Below are positions 10,287 through 19,290 of a stretch of DNA of 56,593 nucleotides, piece by piece (position 1 is the stretch's first letter; each line of letters begins with the position of its first letter). The notes beneath the pieces are model-generated. The model saw only the letters and a list, made by a program, of their open reading frames with translations, was not told the DNA's origin and did no database searches. Location of the stretch: contig PXRY01000100.1 of NCBI GenBank assembly GCA_003022925.1, positions 28,111 through 84,703 of the forward strand, written 5' to 3'. The position numbers and the translations under genes were made by a program. This DNA is from Halobacteriales archaeon QS_8_65_32 (GTDB lineage: Archaea > Halobacteriota > Halobacteria > Halobacteriales > Halococcaceae).

Positions 10287-10937
10287 TCAGTCGCTCGCGT
10301 GGCGATCGGCGCGCGAGGGCGGCGGGACCTCGCGCCGGTCGCCGTCGAAGGGAGCCGGCGGGAGATGGGGCTTTTCGGTACCGTCGTCCTCGGCGTTCGT
10401 GTCGCCGTGGCCATTGATGTGGCGATACCGTCCGGGCGCGTTCGCGAGCGGGTGGGCGGGATTCTCGCCGCTCGCGATCCGGGCAGCACGCAACTCGGCG
10501 AACCCGTTGATCCGCGCACGAATGCCCCGCCAGTGAAAGCGCGAGCCGCTGGGGATCGAGGGAGCGTGGCCGGGCCAGTCGGGCTGGCGTGCCCGAAGCG
10601 TCGCGGTGTTGACGTTCGCCGCCAGGTCGTCGTGGTCGACAAGCACGCCGACGCGGGTGTCCGCGGAGGCGCGGGCAGCGAGGACGTCGAGACCCAAGTG
10701 CAGTGCTCGATACTCCGCGACGTTGTTGTCCGGCGCGCGATCGGGGATCGAAAGCCGGCCGACGCGCTCGCCCCCAGCCGTCTCGATCACGACGCCCAAT
10801 CCGCCACCGGACTCGCGGAAGGACCCGTCGGTCGCGAGGTAGTATTGGCGACGATGGGTGCGCGGTGGGTGGGCGATGTGGGGCGTCGGCGAGTCGTCGA
10901 ACAGGTTGCGGAGGGGTTGACGGCCATACGCGGCCAT
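10287..10937 (-). CDS. rnhA: Ribonuclease HI family protein
   Basis: ATDGSFRESGGGLGVVIE...DNNVAEYRALHLGLDVL...VLVDHDDL, a type 1 RNase H catalytic pattern with a C-terminal extension. Confidence 0.75.
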   Translation of the reverse strand: MAAYGRQPLRNLFDDSPTPHIAHPPRTHRRQYYLATDGSFRESGGGLGVVIETAGGERVGRLSIPDRAPDNNVAEYRALHLGLDVLAARASADTRVGVLVDHDDLAANVNTATLRARQPDWPGHAPSIPSGSRFHWRGIRARINGFAELRAARIASGENPAHPLANAPGRYRHINGHGDTNAEDDGTEKPHLPPAPFDGDRREVPPPSRADRHASD

Positions 10938-11098
10938 GTCACTGATTGTCCCGGGTCGTATTTAACTCTCGGGGATCGAAGGAAAATGGAGGGGAGACCG
11001 GCCCGCAGGTCGGCGGTTATTCCGCCCGAGGACGTCCGAATCTCACAGAGGGCTTACCGCGAGGTGCGAGCGACCGTGAGCGCCCCGAATCGGGGGAT

Positions 11099-11464
11099 TT
11101 GAACGCCGATCGGGTTCGGGACCTCGCCGCCGGGAGCGGGGCGACGGACGGATCGGAAGCGGGCGGAGAACAGGCCGGCGAGGGGGCCTCGACCGACGAG
11201 GCCGTCTCCCGACTGCGCGAGGGGTTCTTCACGACCGATCTCGACGGCGAGAACTGCACGGTCGTGACGCGGGCGTTGGAAACGCTCGTCAAGGACGACC
11301 GAGCGGAGGCGATCGAGATTCTCGAGGATCGATTCGAGAGCGTCTGTGAGCGCCAGCGACCGGTCCTCGGCGGCGGCCCTCACCCGGCTGCGTGTCACCT
11401 CTACGATCAGCCGGTAGAGGGCCCGAACACGAACGCCGCCGAAAGTACCGCCGACGACGACTGA
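11099..11464 (+). CDS. Hypothetical acidic protein
   Basis: High third-position GC starts at about 11100. The upstream part of ORF 10946..11464 has non-coding-like codons and a TATTTAA box near 10960. The TTG start at 11099 is uncertain. Confidence 0.45.
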   Translation: MNADRVRDLAAGSGATDGSEAGGEQAGEGASTDEAVSRLREGFFTTDLDGENCTVVTRALETLVKDDRAEAIEILEDRFESVCERQRPVLGGGPHPAACHLYDQPVEGPNTNAAESTADDD

Positions 11465-11495
11465 CGAGGGCCGAACGCGATCGGCCGACGAGGCC

Positions 11496-11906
11496 TCACG
11501 CACTCCGGTGGGGGTGACCGATCAACAGGGAGACGGCGTTGAGCGAGAGCAACGCGAGCAGCGCGAGTCCCTCCGCACGGGTCTCGACGCCGACGACTAA
11601 CAATGGCATGTACAGAAAGGGGAGCGTAACCGCGATCCAGAAACAGACCGCGCGGATCGCCGTCGTGAGCCGGTTGTCGCGGTACTGGGCCGTCAGCGAG
11701 AGCGAACCGCGCCGATCGCCGGCGGCTCCGATGGTACCGAGCCGTCCGCCGAACCCCGCCCCCGTTCCCGTCCCCGTCTCCATCTCCTTGCGGTCGTGAC
11801 CGTCGGCCGATCGGCCGCCGTCGGGGGCCGCGTCGGTCGAACCCGACGGCCGACTCGCGGGTTCGGTCCCCGCCCGCTCGTCGGCGCTTCGTGCCCCGTC
11901 AGACAT
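11496..11906 (-). CDS. Small membrane protein, hypothetical
   Basis: 136 aa with a disordered N-terminal half and two C-terminal hydrophobic helices (AIRAVCFWIAVTLPFLYMPLLVVGV, LALLALLSLNAVSLLIG). Confidence 0.6.
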   Translation of the reverse strand: MSDGARSADERAGTEPASRPSGSTDAAPDGGRSADGHDRKEMETGTGTGAGFGGRLGTIGAAGDRRGSLSLTAQYRDNRLTTAIRAVCFWIAVTLPFLYMPLLVVGVETRAEGLALLALLSLNAVSLLIGHPHRSA

Positions 11907-12015
11907 TCTTTTCGGCTATGTGTCTATCTGCAATAAAACTACTGCCGATCGATCGTCGCTGTAGAGGCGGCTGCGATCGGTCAAGGCGAGGGCAGGGAAC
12001 CGCAGCGCGTTCACC

Positions 12016-12324
12016 TCAGCGATCGTGGGCCATATCGCCATTGTCGGCCTCGTCCGCTCCGTCGAGTGCATCGCGGAGTTCGCTCCGGGTTTCGGGATCG
12101 AGATCGGCCGCGAGGTCGGCGGTGAAGGGGCTTTCCGCGAGCGTGGTTAGGGCGCGTCCGGTCTTCTCGCGGATACGGTCGATCGCCTTTGCGACGCTCT
12201 CGTCGGAGGTGTCGCGGGCGTCAGCGATCTCCGCGGTCGTTCGGCCCTCACCGAGTCGGTTCGCGACGTCGCGTTCGCCGCGGCTGAGGATCGAGGCGGT
12301 GTCGTGATCGGGTCGGTCGGTCAT
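12016..12324 (-). CDS. Helix-turn-helix (LuxR/sigma-70 region 4-like) DNA-binding protein
   Basis: LSRGERDVANRLGEGRTTAEIADARDTSDESVAKAIDRIREK, an HTH pattern, followed by an acidic tail. Confidence 0.65.
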   Translation of the reverse strand: MTDRPDHDTASILSRGERDVANRLGEGRTTAEIADARDTSDESVAKAIDRIREKTGRALTTLAESPFTADLAADLDPETRSELRDALDGADEADNGDMAHDR

Positions 12325-12436
12325 GGTCGTTGTCGGGGGTGAGGCGCTATGGGCGTGGTGGTCCGGTCGGCCGGCGACCGGCTGTCATGGAGCGCGGAAC
12401 CGCCGGAATCGAACGCCCGCACCGCAACTCGGCCGT

Positions 12437-12895
12437 TCATCCGAGCGCAAGCACCCGTACCTGGTGGGAGCCTCGGAGGCCGTCGAGTTCAGTCGTCGCG
12501 ACGATGGCGTCACCTGCGGCCTCACGCCAGGCGGCCACCCGGTCGGTGTGGCGCGCGTGGTGGCGATCGATCGAGTACGCGACATCGGGGTCGGCCCGGA
12601 GGCGTTCTTCGGTGTCGACCGCCTCGGGATAGGCCGGCATGGCGTCGCCGTCGAACAGAACCGCCGGATCGAGATGCAGCGGTCGTGGCGCGTCCTCGTA
12701 CTCGTCGGTACCGTACTCGTCGGTGCCTTCAACCTCGACGTGCAGGCGCGCGCGCATCCGGCCGGCAAAGGGCGGCGTTACCCGCAACACCGCACGGGGG
12801 CCGGGCGTCCGGTTGGTCTCGTAGGCAGAAACCACGTCGTCACGGCGAACCGCGATCGAGCGGACGTCGCGGTAGTCGCTCGACTCTGCGACCAT
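12437..12895 (-). CDS. Conserved hypothetical protein
   Basis: 152-aa ORF with good codon periodicity and acidic composition. No recognisable domain. Confidence 0.6.
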   Translation of the reverse strand: MVAESSDYRDVRSIAVRRDDVVSAYETNRTPGPRAVLRVTPPFAGRMRARLHVEVEGTDEYGTDEYEDAPRPLHLDPAVLFDGDAMPAYPEAVDTEERLRADPDVAYSIDRHHARHTDRVAAWREAAGDAIVATTELDGLRGSHQVRVLALG

Positions 12896-13085
12896 GACGC
12901 GCCGTACGCCCCCAACGGTCCTAAGGATACCGTCGGGCGTCGACCTGCCCGCTCGTTCGTTGGTTCGTTGGGTCCTCGCTCGCGTGCTATCGACGCGTCC
13001 CGTCGTCTCAGTGTCGTGTTTAATCCGCCGGTAAAGGCTGTTAGTAAACGAGTACTTACACGCACGCTACGTGTCTGATCGGAGG

Positions 13086-13361
13086 ATGGAGGCCGACATC
13101 TGGTACGTGCTCGCGGGAACGCGTGGCGGTACGAACCGGGTGCGGGTGGTCGAATTGCTCGTCGAGGAGCCGCGAAACGCGAACCGGATCGCGGAGGTCC
13201 TCGACCTCGATTACAAGACGGTACGCCACCACCTGGACGTGCTTTGCGAACACGAGGTCGTCGAACGCGCGGACGACGACTACGGCGCGCAGTACCGATT
13301 GACCGACGAAGCCCTCGAACACCGCTCGACGATCGACGCCGTGATCGAGACGGTCGGCTGA
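13086..13361 (+). CDS. ArsR-family winged-helix transcriptional regulator
   Basis: MEADIWYVLAGTRGGTNRVRVVELLVEEPRNANRIAEVLDLDYKTVRHHLDVLCEHEVVE. An alternative GTG start lies at 13071. Confidence 0.75.
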   Translation: MEADIWYVLAGTRGGTNRVRVVELLVEEPRNANRIAEVLDLDYKTVRHHLDVLCEHEVVERADDDYGAQYRLTDEALEHRSTIDAVIETVG

Positions 13362-13384
13362 AGGGCGAGCGAAACGCTGACGTA

Positions 13385-13514
13385 GCATCCGCGAGCGAGC
13401 GGTTCCCCGTGACTGAGCGACCGAAGGGAGCGAAGGAACGGACTTTTTGGTGCAGATTTTTGGAGGAGAGGTGCGCGAACGCAGTGAGCGCACCCGACGA
13501 CAAAAAGGTGCGCG
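13385..13514 (+). repeat. Intergenic repeat family 2, copy b
   Basis: GCATCCGCGAGCGAGCGGTTCCCCGTGACTGAGCGACCGAAGGGAGCGAAGGAACGGACTTTTTGGTGCAGATTTTTGG...CCCGACGACAAAAAGGTGCGCG. It lies between two convergent gene ends. Confidence 0.6.
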
Positions 13515-13516
13515 TT

Positions 13517-14236
13517 CTAGAAGGCCCCGAGGCTCGTCTGGCGGTCACGGTCCGCTTCGGTCTCGGTAGCGATGGCGAAGCCCACTAACGCACGCAGGTC
13601 CGTCGCGTAGACGGTGCCGCCCCTTCGGAGTACCAATACCCTGCCCTTCGTCCCGAGAACGGTGCCCGTCGCGACGGTTTCGGCGACCGGACGGTCGGCG
13701 AGCGAGAGGCCGTAATCGAACGCGAAGGTCTCGATCGGCGGGTACTCGTCGAGCAGTGCTCGCCAGGCCTCGCGATCGACCGCCGCGGCCAACCCGTCGA
13801 TCTTCGCGTCGACGCGCACGGCCTCGGGCATCCCGGCGGCGATCTCGCGTTCTACGTTGCGGGCGATCGGCCCCGAGGAGACGGTATGGATGTGAGCGGC
13901 CAGGTCCGCGCCCTGTTCGCGAAGCCGGGTGTCGAGCCGCCACGAGCGGGTGATGCCGACTTTGAACGAGTCCGGCGCAAAGGCCGCCAAGTAGACGGCG
14001 TACTCCTCGTCGGCGTAGCTGGGGGCCCAGTCGCGGGCGTGGCGATCGCAGTACGGCGCTTTCGGTCGGTCACAGGGGTAGTGCGTCCCGTCGTCGACGA
14101 GACCGGCACAGCGGCGTCCGCCGAGCGGGTAGGCGAGTTCGGTTCCCGACTCTAAGGGGACGCGCTCGACGTTTCCCTCGGCGGCGAGCACGAGAGCCGG
14201 ATCGTCGGGTCCGGTGCGGTAGCCGGCGATCTGCAC
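13517..14236 (-). CDS. Conserved hypothetical protein with Cys-rich motif (DUF2797-like)
   Basis: GGRRCAGLVDDGTHYPCDRPKAPYCDRHARDW motif. The probable GTG start at 14236 (VQIAGYRTG..) avoids overlap with the divergent gene. The maximal ORF extends to 14422. Confidence 0.6.
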   Translation of the reverse strand: MQIAGYRTGPDDPALVLAAEGNVERVPLESGTELAYPLGGRRCAGLVDDGTHYPCDRPKAPYCDRHARDWAPSYADEEYAVYLAAFAPDSFKVGITRSWRLDTRLREQGADLAAHIHTVSSGPIARNVEREIAAGMPEAVRVDAKIDGLAAAVDREAWRALLDEYPPIETFAFDYGLSLADRPVAETVATGTVLGTKGRVLVLRRGGTVYATDLRALVGFAIATETEADRDRQTSLGAF

Positions 14237-14410
14237 GCCTGCCGTACGACCGGCCCGATCAAAGGTGTGACGCCGGCGGCCAGCGAACTCCGCCGGATTG
14301 CCGTCGGACGAGCGAGCGGTCGGCGACCGAACGGAAGTCACGTGCCGACGACGAGCGACCGGCCGGTCGGCGGGCGTCGGTTTTTGCCTTCGGAGTCCGT
14401 CCTGTCGGCC

Positions 14411-14827
14411 ATGACGCTTCACGGCGACGTCGCGGCGACGACTCGAACGGACGGCGTACGTTTCGTCTTCGAGGTCACGAACGACGGGACGGCCGTCGAG
14501 GACATCATATTCCGGGACGCCGGGAAGGCCGACTTCGTTGTCGAACCCGAACAGGGGGACGGGGCCGGTCGTGACGGCGAAGACGGGAACGAGAGCAGCG
14601 GCGGGACTGAAGGCGAGAACGAAAGCGGCCGCACGCAGCAGTGGCGCTGGAGCGAGGGGCGGATGTTCGCCCAGGTGATCGAAACCGAGCGCCTCGATCC
14701 GGGCGAGTCAGCGACCTACGAGGGCGAGTGGTGCGCGCCCGATCCGGGAACCTACGTCGTCCGGGCGACGCTTCGCGCACACGATCACGACGCCGACGCC
14801 GAGTGTGCGTTCACGGTCGAGGAGTGA
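14411..14827 (+). CDS. BsuPI-like intracellular proteinase inhibitor domain protein
   Basis: MTLHGDVAATTRTDGVRFVFEVTNDGTAVEDIIFRDAGKADFVV...WRWSEGRMFAQVIETERLDPGESATYEGEW. ATG at 14411. Confidence 0.65.
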   Translation: MTLHGDVAATTRTDGVRFVFEVTNDGTAVEDIIFRDAGKADFVVEPEQGDGAGRDGEDGNESSGGTEGENESGRTQQWRWSEGRMFAQVIETERLDPGESATYEGEWCAPDPGTYVVRATLRAHDHDADAECAFTVEE

Positions 14828-14912
14828 GAGCGAACGGCCGAGCCGACGGTGCGACTCGCGGTGAACGGGTCCGAGCGGATCGGCCGCCGATCGACGAACG
14901 ACGAGCCGGGGG

Positions 14913-15671
14913 TCAGTCGCCGGCGTAGGCCTGTTCGAACGGGCGCGGGGGCAGTCGGAGTTCGTCGAGCCCCGGGAGGTGCTTGACGTTATAGATGACT
15001 TTCATCTCGTCGGTGGTCGGGATACCATTGCACGACAGTCGAATGCCGGCGTCGACCATACTGGACGGGAGGATGTTGTTGACGGGCATTTCGAGGTCGC
15101 CTTCGACGACCGCGATTGCACAGTTCGCACACGCCCCGCCCCGACAGGCATAGGGCCAGGCGAACCCGCGGTTCTCGGCGGCTTCGAGCAACGACTCGCC
15201 GGGGCGGACGAGAAATCGGCCGTAGTCCATCGGGTCGAGGTCGGCGCTCGCGGCCTTCGCGAAGAGGTCCTCGTCGCCGAGGTCCCACCCGTGGTCGTCG
15301 AGCACCTCGTAGTCCAAGTACTCGACGCGGGACGTCACCGCCTCCGTGTTGTCATCCTCGTCTTCGGTCCCGGCCTCGGTTTCGGTTCCGGTCGTCGCGG
15401 TCGTCTCGTCGCTGCTGGCCCCATCGGCGTCGCCGTTGGCGTCGGTGTCGGTGTCGGCGTCGGCGTTGTGGCCGTTCCGGTCTCGGTTCTCGCTCCCGTA
15501 GCCGGCTTTGATCTCCTCGTAGGCCGTTCTGACGAGCAGGAACTCCTCGGCCGACCCGCCACGGTCGGGATGGGTCCCTTTCGCGCGCTCGCGGTACGCC
15601 TGCCGTATTTCCTCTTCGTTCGCGTCGGGGTCGATCCGCAACACGTCGAACGGGGAATCCACTATGGACAC
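14913..15671 (-). CDS. J-domain (DnaJ N-terminal) / 2Fe-2S ferredoxin fusion protein
   Basis: N-terminal J domain with HPD (FDVLRIDPDANEEEIRQAYRERAKGTHPDRGG), an acidic linker, and a C-terminal plant-type ferredoxin motif (ACRGGACANCA ... LSCN). Confidence 0.8.
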   Translation of the reverse strand: MSIVDSPFDVLRIDPDANEEEIRQAYRERAKGTHPDRGGSAEEFLLVRTAYEEIKAGYGSENRDRNGHNADADTDTDANGDADGASSDETTATTGTETEAGTEDEDDNTEAVTSRVEYLDYEVLDDHGWDLGDEDLFAKAASADLDPMDYGRFLVRPGESLLEAAENRGFAWPYACRGGACANCAIAVVEGDLEMPVNNILPSSMVDAGIRLSCNGIPTTDEMKVIYNVKHLPGLDELRLPPRPFEQAYAGD

Positions 15672-15946
15672 GTAGCGGAGCCGAACGCAAAAGCGTTCCC
15701 GATCGGGAAGATATGCGCGAGGGCACTGCGTTGTACGACCTGATTTCCGGCGAGCGATAGCGGTCCCACGCGTCGATCAAGCGACTCGTCGGATGGATTA
15801 GCGGGTCAGGCAGACCTCGGTTCGAGTTAGCGTCGGTGCAAGTCGGGTTCGCTCCGAGCGAGTTCGGGTCGAGAATCGTGACGTCGGCAAAAAACGTCGC
15901 TATCGTCGTCCAGCGACGAGTTCGCGTGCCGCCATAGCGGAAGAGC

Positions 15947-16408
15947 TCAGATACGACCGGAGAGGTGTTCGACAAGCCGTTCGCGGATCTCCCAGAGTAT
16001 ACCTGGTGGCTGATCGTAATCGAACTCGATCGGTTCGTATCGGTAGTCCTCGTCCGGGTTGCCGCGCCACTGAAAGTGGTCCAATGCTTCAACGTAATCG
16101 TTCTCCTGTCGATGCCATCCACAGTCGTAGCCAGCACAGTCCCGGTAGTGGAATTTGAACTGATCGGGGCTGTCGGGGTGTATCCACCAGTTTACATACA
16201 GAGCAGCTTTATCGACCCCCAGCTTATCGCTTAGAAACACGTCGCAGTCGAAGTCCGCGCGAAGCTGTTGATCGATTCCAGTCCTCGTATCGACATATCG
16301 CACCGTGTCGGCTTCCGGAAACTGCTGCAGGTTCGATCGGAGTCGGGAGAGAACGTGGCTTCTGCGGCCGCCATTCAGATGCTTATCCGAGCGGGGGTCG
16401 GGGGTCAT
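15947..16408 (-). CDS. Hypothetical protein (low-GC islet)
   Basis: 153-aa ORF in visibly lower-GC DNA. Trp/Tyr/Asp-rich, with no recognisable domain. Confidence 0.55.
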   Translation of the reverse strand: MTPDPRSDKHLNGGRRSHVLSRLRSNLQQFPEADTVRYVDTRTGIDQQLRADFDCDVFLSDKLGVDKAALYVNWWIHPDSPDQFKFHYRDCAGYDCGWHRQENDYVEALDHFQWRGNPDEDYRYEPIEFDYDQPPGILWEIRERLVEHLSGRI

Positions 16409-16423
16409 AATCCTAATGATCCT

Positions 16424-16994
16424 TCACGCCGGCGTCGAGGTGCCAGCACTACTGTGCTCCTCGTAATGCTCGTATGCTTGTTTAACGAGCGAGAGGTCGT
16501 GTCGCACTGTTTCCCACTCCGATGCGGCCTGTCTGAGTTCGGTCATTTCTTCGGAATCGGCTTCATCACTAACGGCTCGAAATCGGAGATCGTCCGGCGT
16601 CTCGACGTCGTACTGCTCCTTGACGCTCTTGTCGCGTTCTTTCATCTCCTGCGACAAGTCTAAAAAGCTCGTCTCTGCTGTATTCCTCAGTCATTCTCGC
16701 AATAGCACGAAACCGAAGATAGCCTGCGTCCGGATAGTATTTGGTCACTCCTCGCGCAGTAGTCGATCCGACGATGCTGAGTTCCTGAAGTAAGGAGAGG
16801 TGATCCCGTGCAGTTTGTTCTGCGACTCCTGCCTCCTCTGCGATCGCCTTTGCCGTCTTGGACTGATTGATGGTGAGCGCCACCGAAATAACTCGCTCAA
16901 TAGCCTTCGTTCTCTGCTTCCAAGCGTCACTTCCCTTTTTTGTTTCGTCCGAAGCCTGTTCGACTGGTTCGGTCACTCGCGGTCCATCCGGCAT
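16424..16994 (-). pseudogene. HTH-domain transcriptional regulator, frameshifted (low-GC islet)
   Basis: ORF 16569..16994 (..KTAKAIAEEAGVAEQTARDHLSLLQELSIVG..EEYSRDEL) then turns into an Arg-rich tail. The plausible continuation LDLSQEMKERDKSVKEQYDVE.. is ORF 16424..16657, in the +1 frame. The switch falls at a T5 run (gagctttttagac, about 16660-16672). Confidence 0.5.
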
Positions 16995-17095
16995 AGTACA
17001 TCTAACAATTTGATCTCTGAGCTAATAATGTTATGACCGAGTATCGGGCAGCATCGATTCAACTGAGACGGCGCGAGCTACGGAGGAGGAGACCA

Positions 17096-18031
17096 TTACC
17101 GACGCTCGGCAACCAGTTCCCGAGCCGCCCGACGAACGGCGTCGTCACTCGAGTGTTCAGGAGTCCAGCCGAGCGCGGCGAGTTTCTCGATCGAGAGGCG
17201 CATCCGGGGGACGTCGCCGGTCCATCCACGGTCGCCGCCAGTATATGTATAGTCGGGATCCGCACCTATCTCGTCGGCGACGATGTCGGCGATGGTGTCC
17301 ACCGATGTCGTCGTTTCGGTGCCGAGGTTATAGGTGTGGACCGGGCCGCCGGCCGCGTTCTCGACGACGTGGCACATCGCGTCGACACACTCCGAGACGT
17401 GCATGTAGGACTTCTCCTGGCGGCCATCGCCCAGGATTTCGAGCGTTTCGGGGTTCGCGTCGAGTTTCTCGACGAAATCGGGGACCACCCCCGCGCCGAA
17501 CCGCGAGCCGACGATGTTCGCGAAACGGAAGACCCATACCGTGAAATCGTGCGAGTGGGCGTACACCGAGAGCAGCGCTTCTTCCGCGAGTTTCGCCGCC
17601 CCGTAGATACTGATGGGTTCGAGCGGCGCGAAGTCCTCGGGGGTCGGCCGAGGCGCTTCGCCGTACACCGTCGAGGAGGACGTGAAAACCAGGTTCCGGA
17701 CGCCGACATCGGCCATCCGTTCGACGAGAGTGTGGGTGAGGTCGTGGTTCGCCTCGAACTGGCGGCGGGGTTCCTCGGAGTTGACGTACTTGTCGGCGGC
17801 CGCGAGGTGACAGACCGCATCGAGGTCGGCGGTGACGACGCTCTCGACGAACGCAGCGTCGGTGAGGTCGCCCTCGGCGAACTCGACCGATGCGGGGACC
17901 TCCTCGCGGTCGCTGTTCGAGAGATCGTCGGCGACGATCACGTCGTTGTCACGGGCGAGACGCGTCGCGAGACGCGAGCCGATGAGTCCCGCGCCGCCGG
18001 TGACGAGCACGCGCTTTCCGGCGAGTTGCAT
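17096..18031 (-). CDS. NAD-dependent epimerase/dehydratase (UDP-sugar 4-epimerase-like)
   Basis: MQLAGKRVLVTGGAGLIGSRL (Rossmann GxxGxxG) and a YGAAK catalytic motif. Confidence 0.85.
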   Translation of the reverse strand: MQLAGKRVLVTGGAGLIGSRLATRLARDNDVIVADDLSNSDREEVPASVEFAEGDLTDAAFVESVVTADLDAVCHLAAADKYVNSEEPRRQFEANHDLTHTLVERMADVGVRNLVFTSSSTVYGEAPRPTPEDFAPLEPISIYGAAKLAEEALLSVYAHSHDFTVWVFRFANIVGSRFGAGVVPDFVEKLDANPETLEILGDGRQEKSYMHVSECVDAMCHVVENAAGGPVHTYNLGTETTTSVDTIADIVADEIGADPDYTYTGGDRGWTGDVPRMRLSIEKLAALGWTPEHSSDDAVRRAARELVAERR

Positions 18032-18341
18032 ACCTGCCCGCTCGCTCGCTTGAGTATGGTTCTTCTGATCGCTCGTCGTGTCACACCGTCGTGCCGGGAA
18101 CCGGCCGTCGTCGATACCCCGACCCGAGAACCGTCAGGTGGAGCGTCGGCGACCGCGGCGAGATCGGAAAGCGACGGCGACGACGAGCGGGGACGGCGAT
18201 AGCGCCGAGGCAGCGACAACCGGTGACGGCAGTGAATACCGGCGACGCTCGTCGCTGCCGCCGGTGATACTAAACAACGACGGCAGCCGACCGACGCCGC
18301 GCGACACAAACGCTTTGCTGGGGTGCGCTGAAACGACGACG

Positions 18342-18554
18342 ATGGATCGGGTCACGTACTCGGCCGTCGGGTACGCGCTGTTGTTCGCCGTCCCGCCGGG
18401 CGTCGGTGCCGGAGTGTTCATCGCTCGAATCCAGGGCGGTTCGCTCGCGCTCGGCGTTGGGTTCGGAGTCTGTCTCTCGCTCGGAGTCTTCCTGTTAGTA
18501 CTGTACGGCGCGAGTTTCGGAACGACCGACATCGATCGAAACGAAGGCCGATAG
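18342..18554 (+). CDS. Small two-helix membrane protein, hypothetical
   Basis: ATG at 18342: MDRVTYSAVGYALLFAVPPGVGAGVFIARIQGGSLALGVGFGVCLSLGVFLLVLYG. Confidence 0.5.
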   Translation: MDRVTYSAVGYALLFAVPPGVGAGVFIARIQGGSLALGVGFGVCLSLGVFLLVLYGASFGTTDIDRNEGR

Positions 18555-19018
18555 CGACGGCGGCCGGTCCGAGAGGAACAGCGACGGGGGACGACGAGAA
18601 CGGCGACCGCAGTCGGTCCCTTCATCGGCAGGCCGGTCGTTCCTTCCGGTCCGACATGTTCGGTTTCCCGGCGGCAGGGATCGCGTTCACCTTCGAGACC
18701 CGCGCGATAGCCCACCGCCACTTCTCTCTCGGATCGCCTCACGTCGAGCGCCCGGCGTAGCACTCTATTACCGCCTGCGTGTCGGTTGCACACGGACGAC
18801 AGACGGTCGCGCCGTGACCCGGCGTCGCCGTCGTGACCGCGATCCCACCTCGATCCGACGCTGCGTTCGGGGTGCTGGCGTCGGACAGCACCGACGCCTT
18901 GCGCTTTTGTTCCGTTCCACGCGCTCATCGGGGCCGGACGACGGTTCGTCGGAACCGGGCGACGCGGCTCACGAAGGTCGGTGTGATGAGGGGTTCGCCA
19001 TCGACGAGGGGAAGAATT

Positions 19019-19042
19019 AAAAAAGGGGGTGCACGGGCACCC
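19019..19042 (-). terminator. Hairpin plus T6 terminator on minus strand
   Basis: The minus strand reads GGGTGCCCGTGCACCCCC followed by TTTTTT. No CDS ends here. Confidence 0.45.
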
Positions 19043-19290
19043 ATAGCGGCTATACCCGCATGTCGAGTGATGTATCCTGCGGCCCGGGCCTGCTCGACCT
19101 ATCACCTTTCGAACGGGCCGTGTGGCCCGCTACCCCGCCCGGCGCACGCCATCACCACCACCACCGCCCGCCGGGCGGTTGGGCTTCTCAGCGTGTCGGA
19201 GTTCTCCCGTCCCGCCGACCGCGCCGTGAGTGAGGGAACCGTACCACCGTACGTATCGATCCGTCGTTCGCTTGTGGCAACATGCTCGTC
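19043..19290 (-). ncRNA. Candidate unannotated structured RNA (identity unknown)
   Basis: Gene-free, GC-rich, multiple local hairpins (GGGCCACACGGCCC, GTCGAG..CTCGAC, GCGGGTATAGCCGC), followed by the terminator at 19019-19042. The 5' end is not determined. Confidence 0.25.

Noticed and set aside
17033-18202. 389-aa ORF antisense to the epimerase gene
   Set aside because: The opposite strand encodes a complete Rossmann-fold epimerase with catalytic motifs. This ORF has no motifs and shadow-ORF composition.
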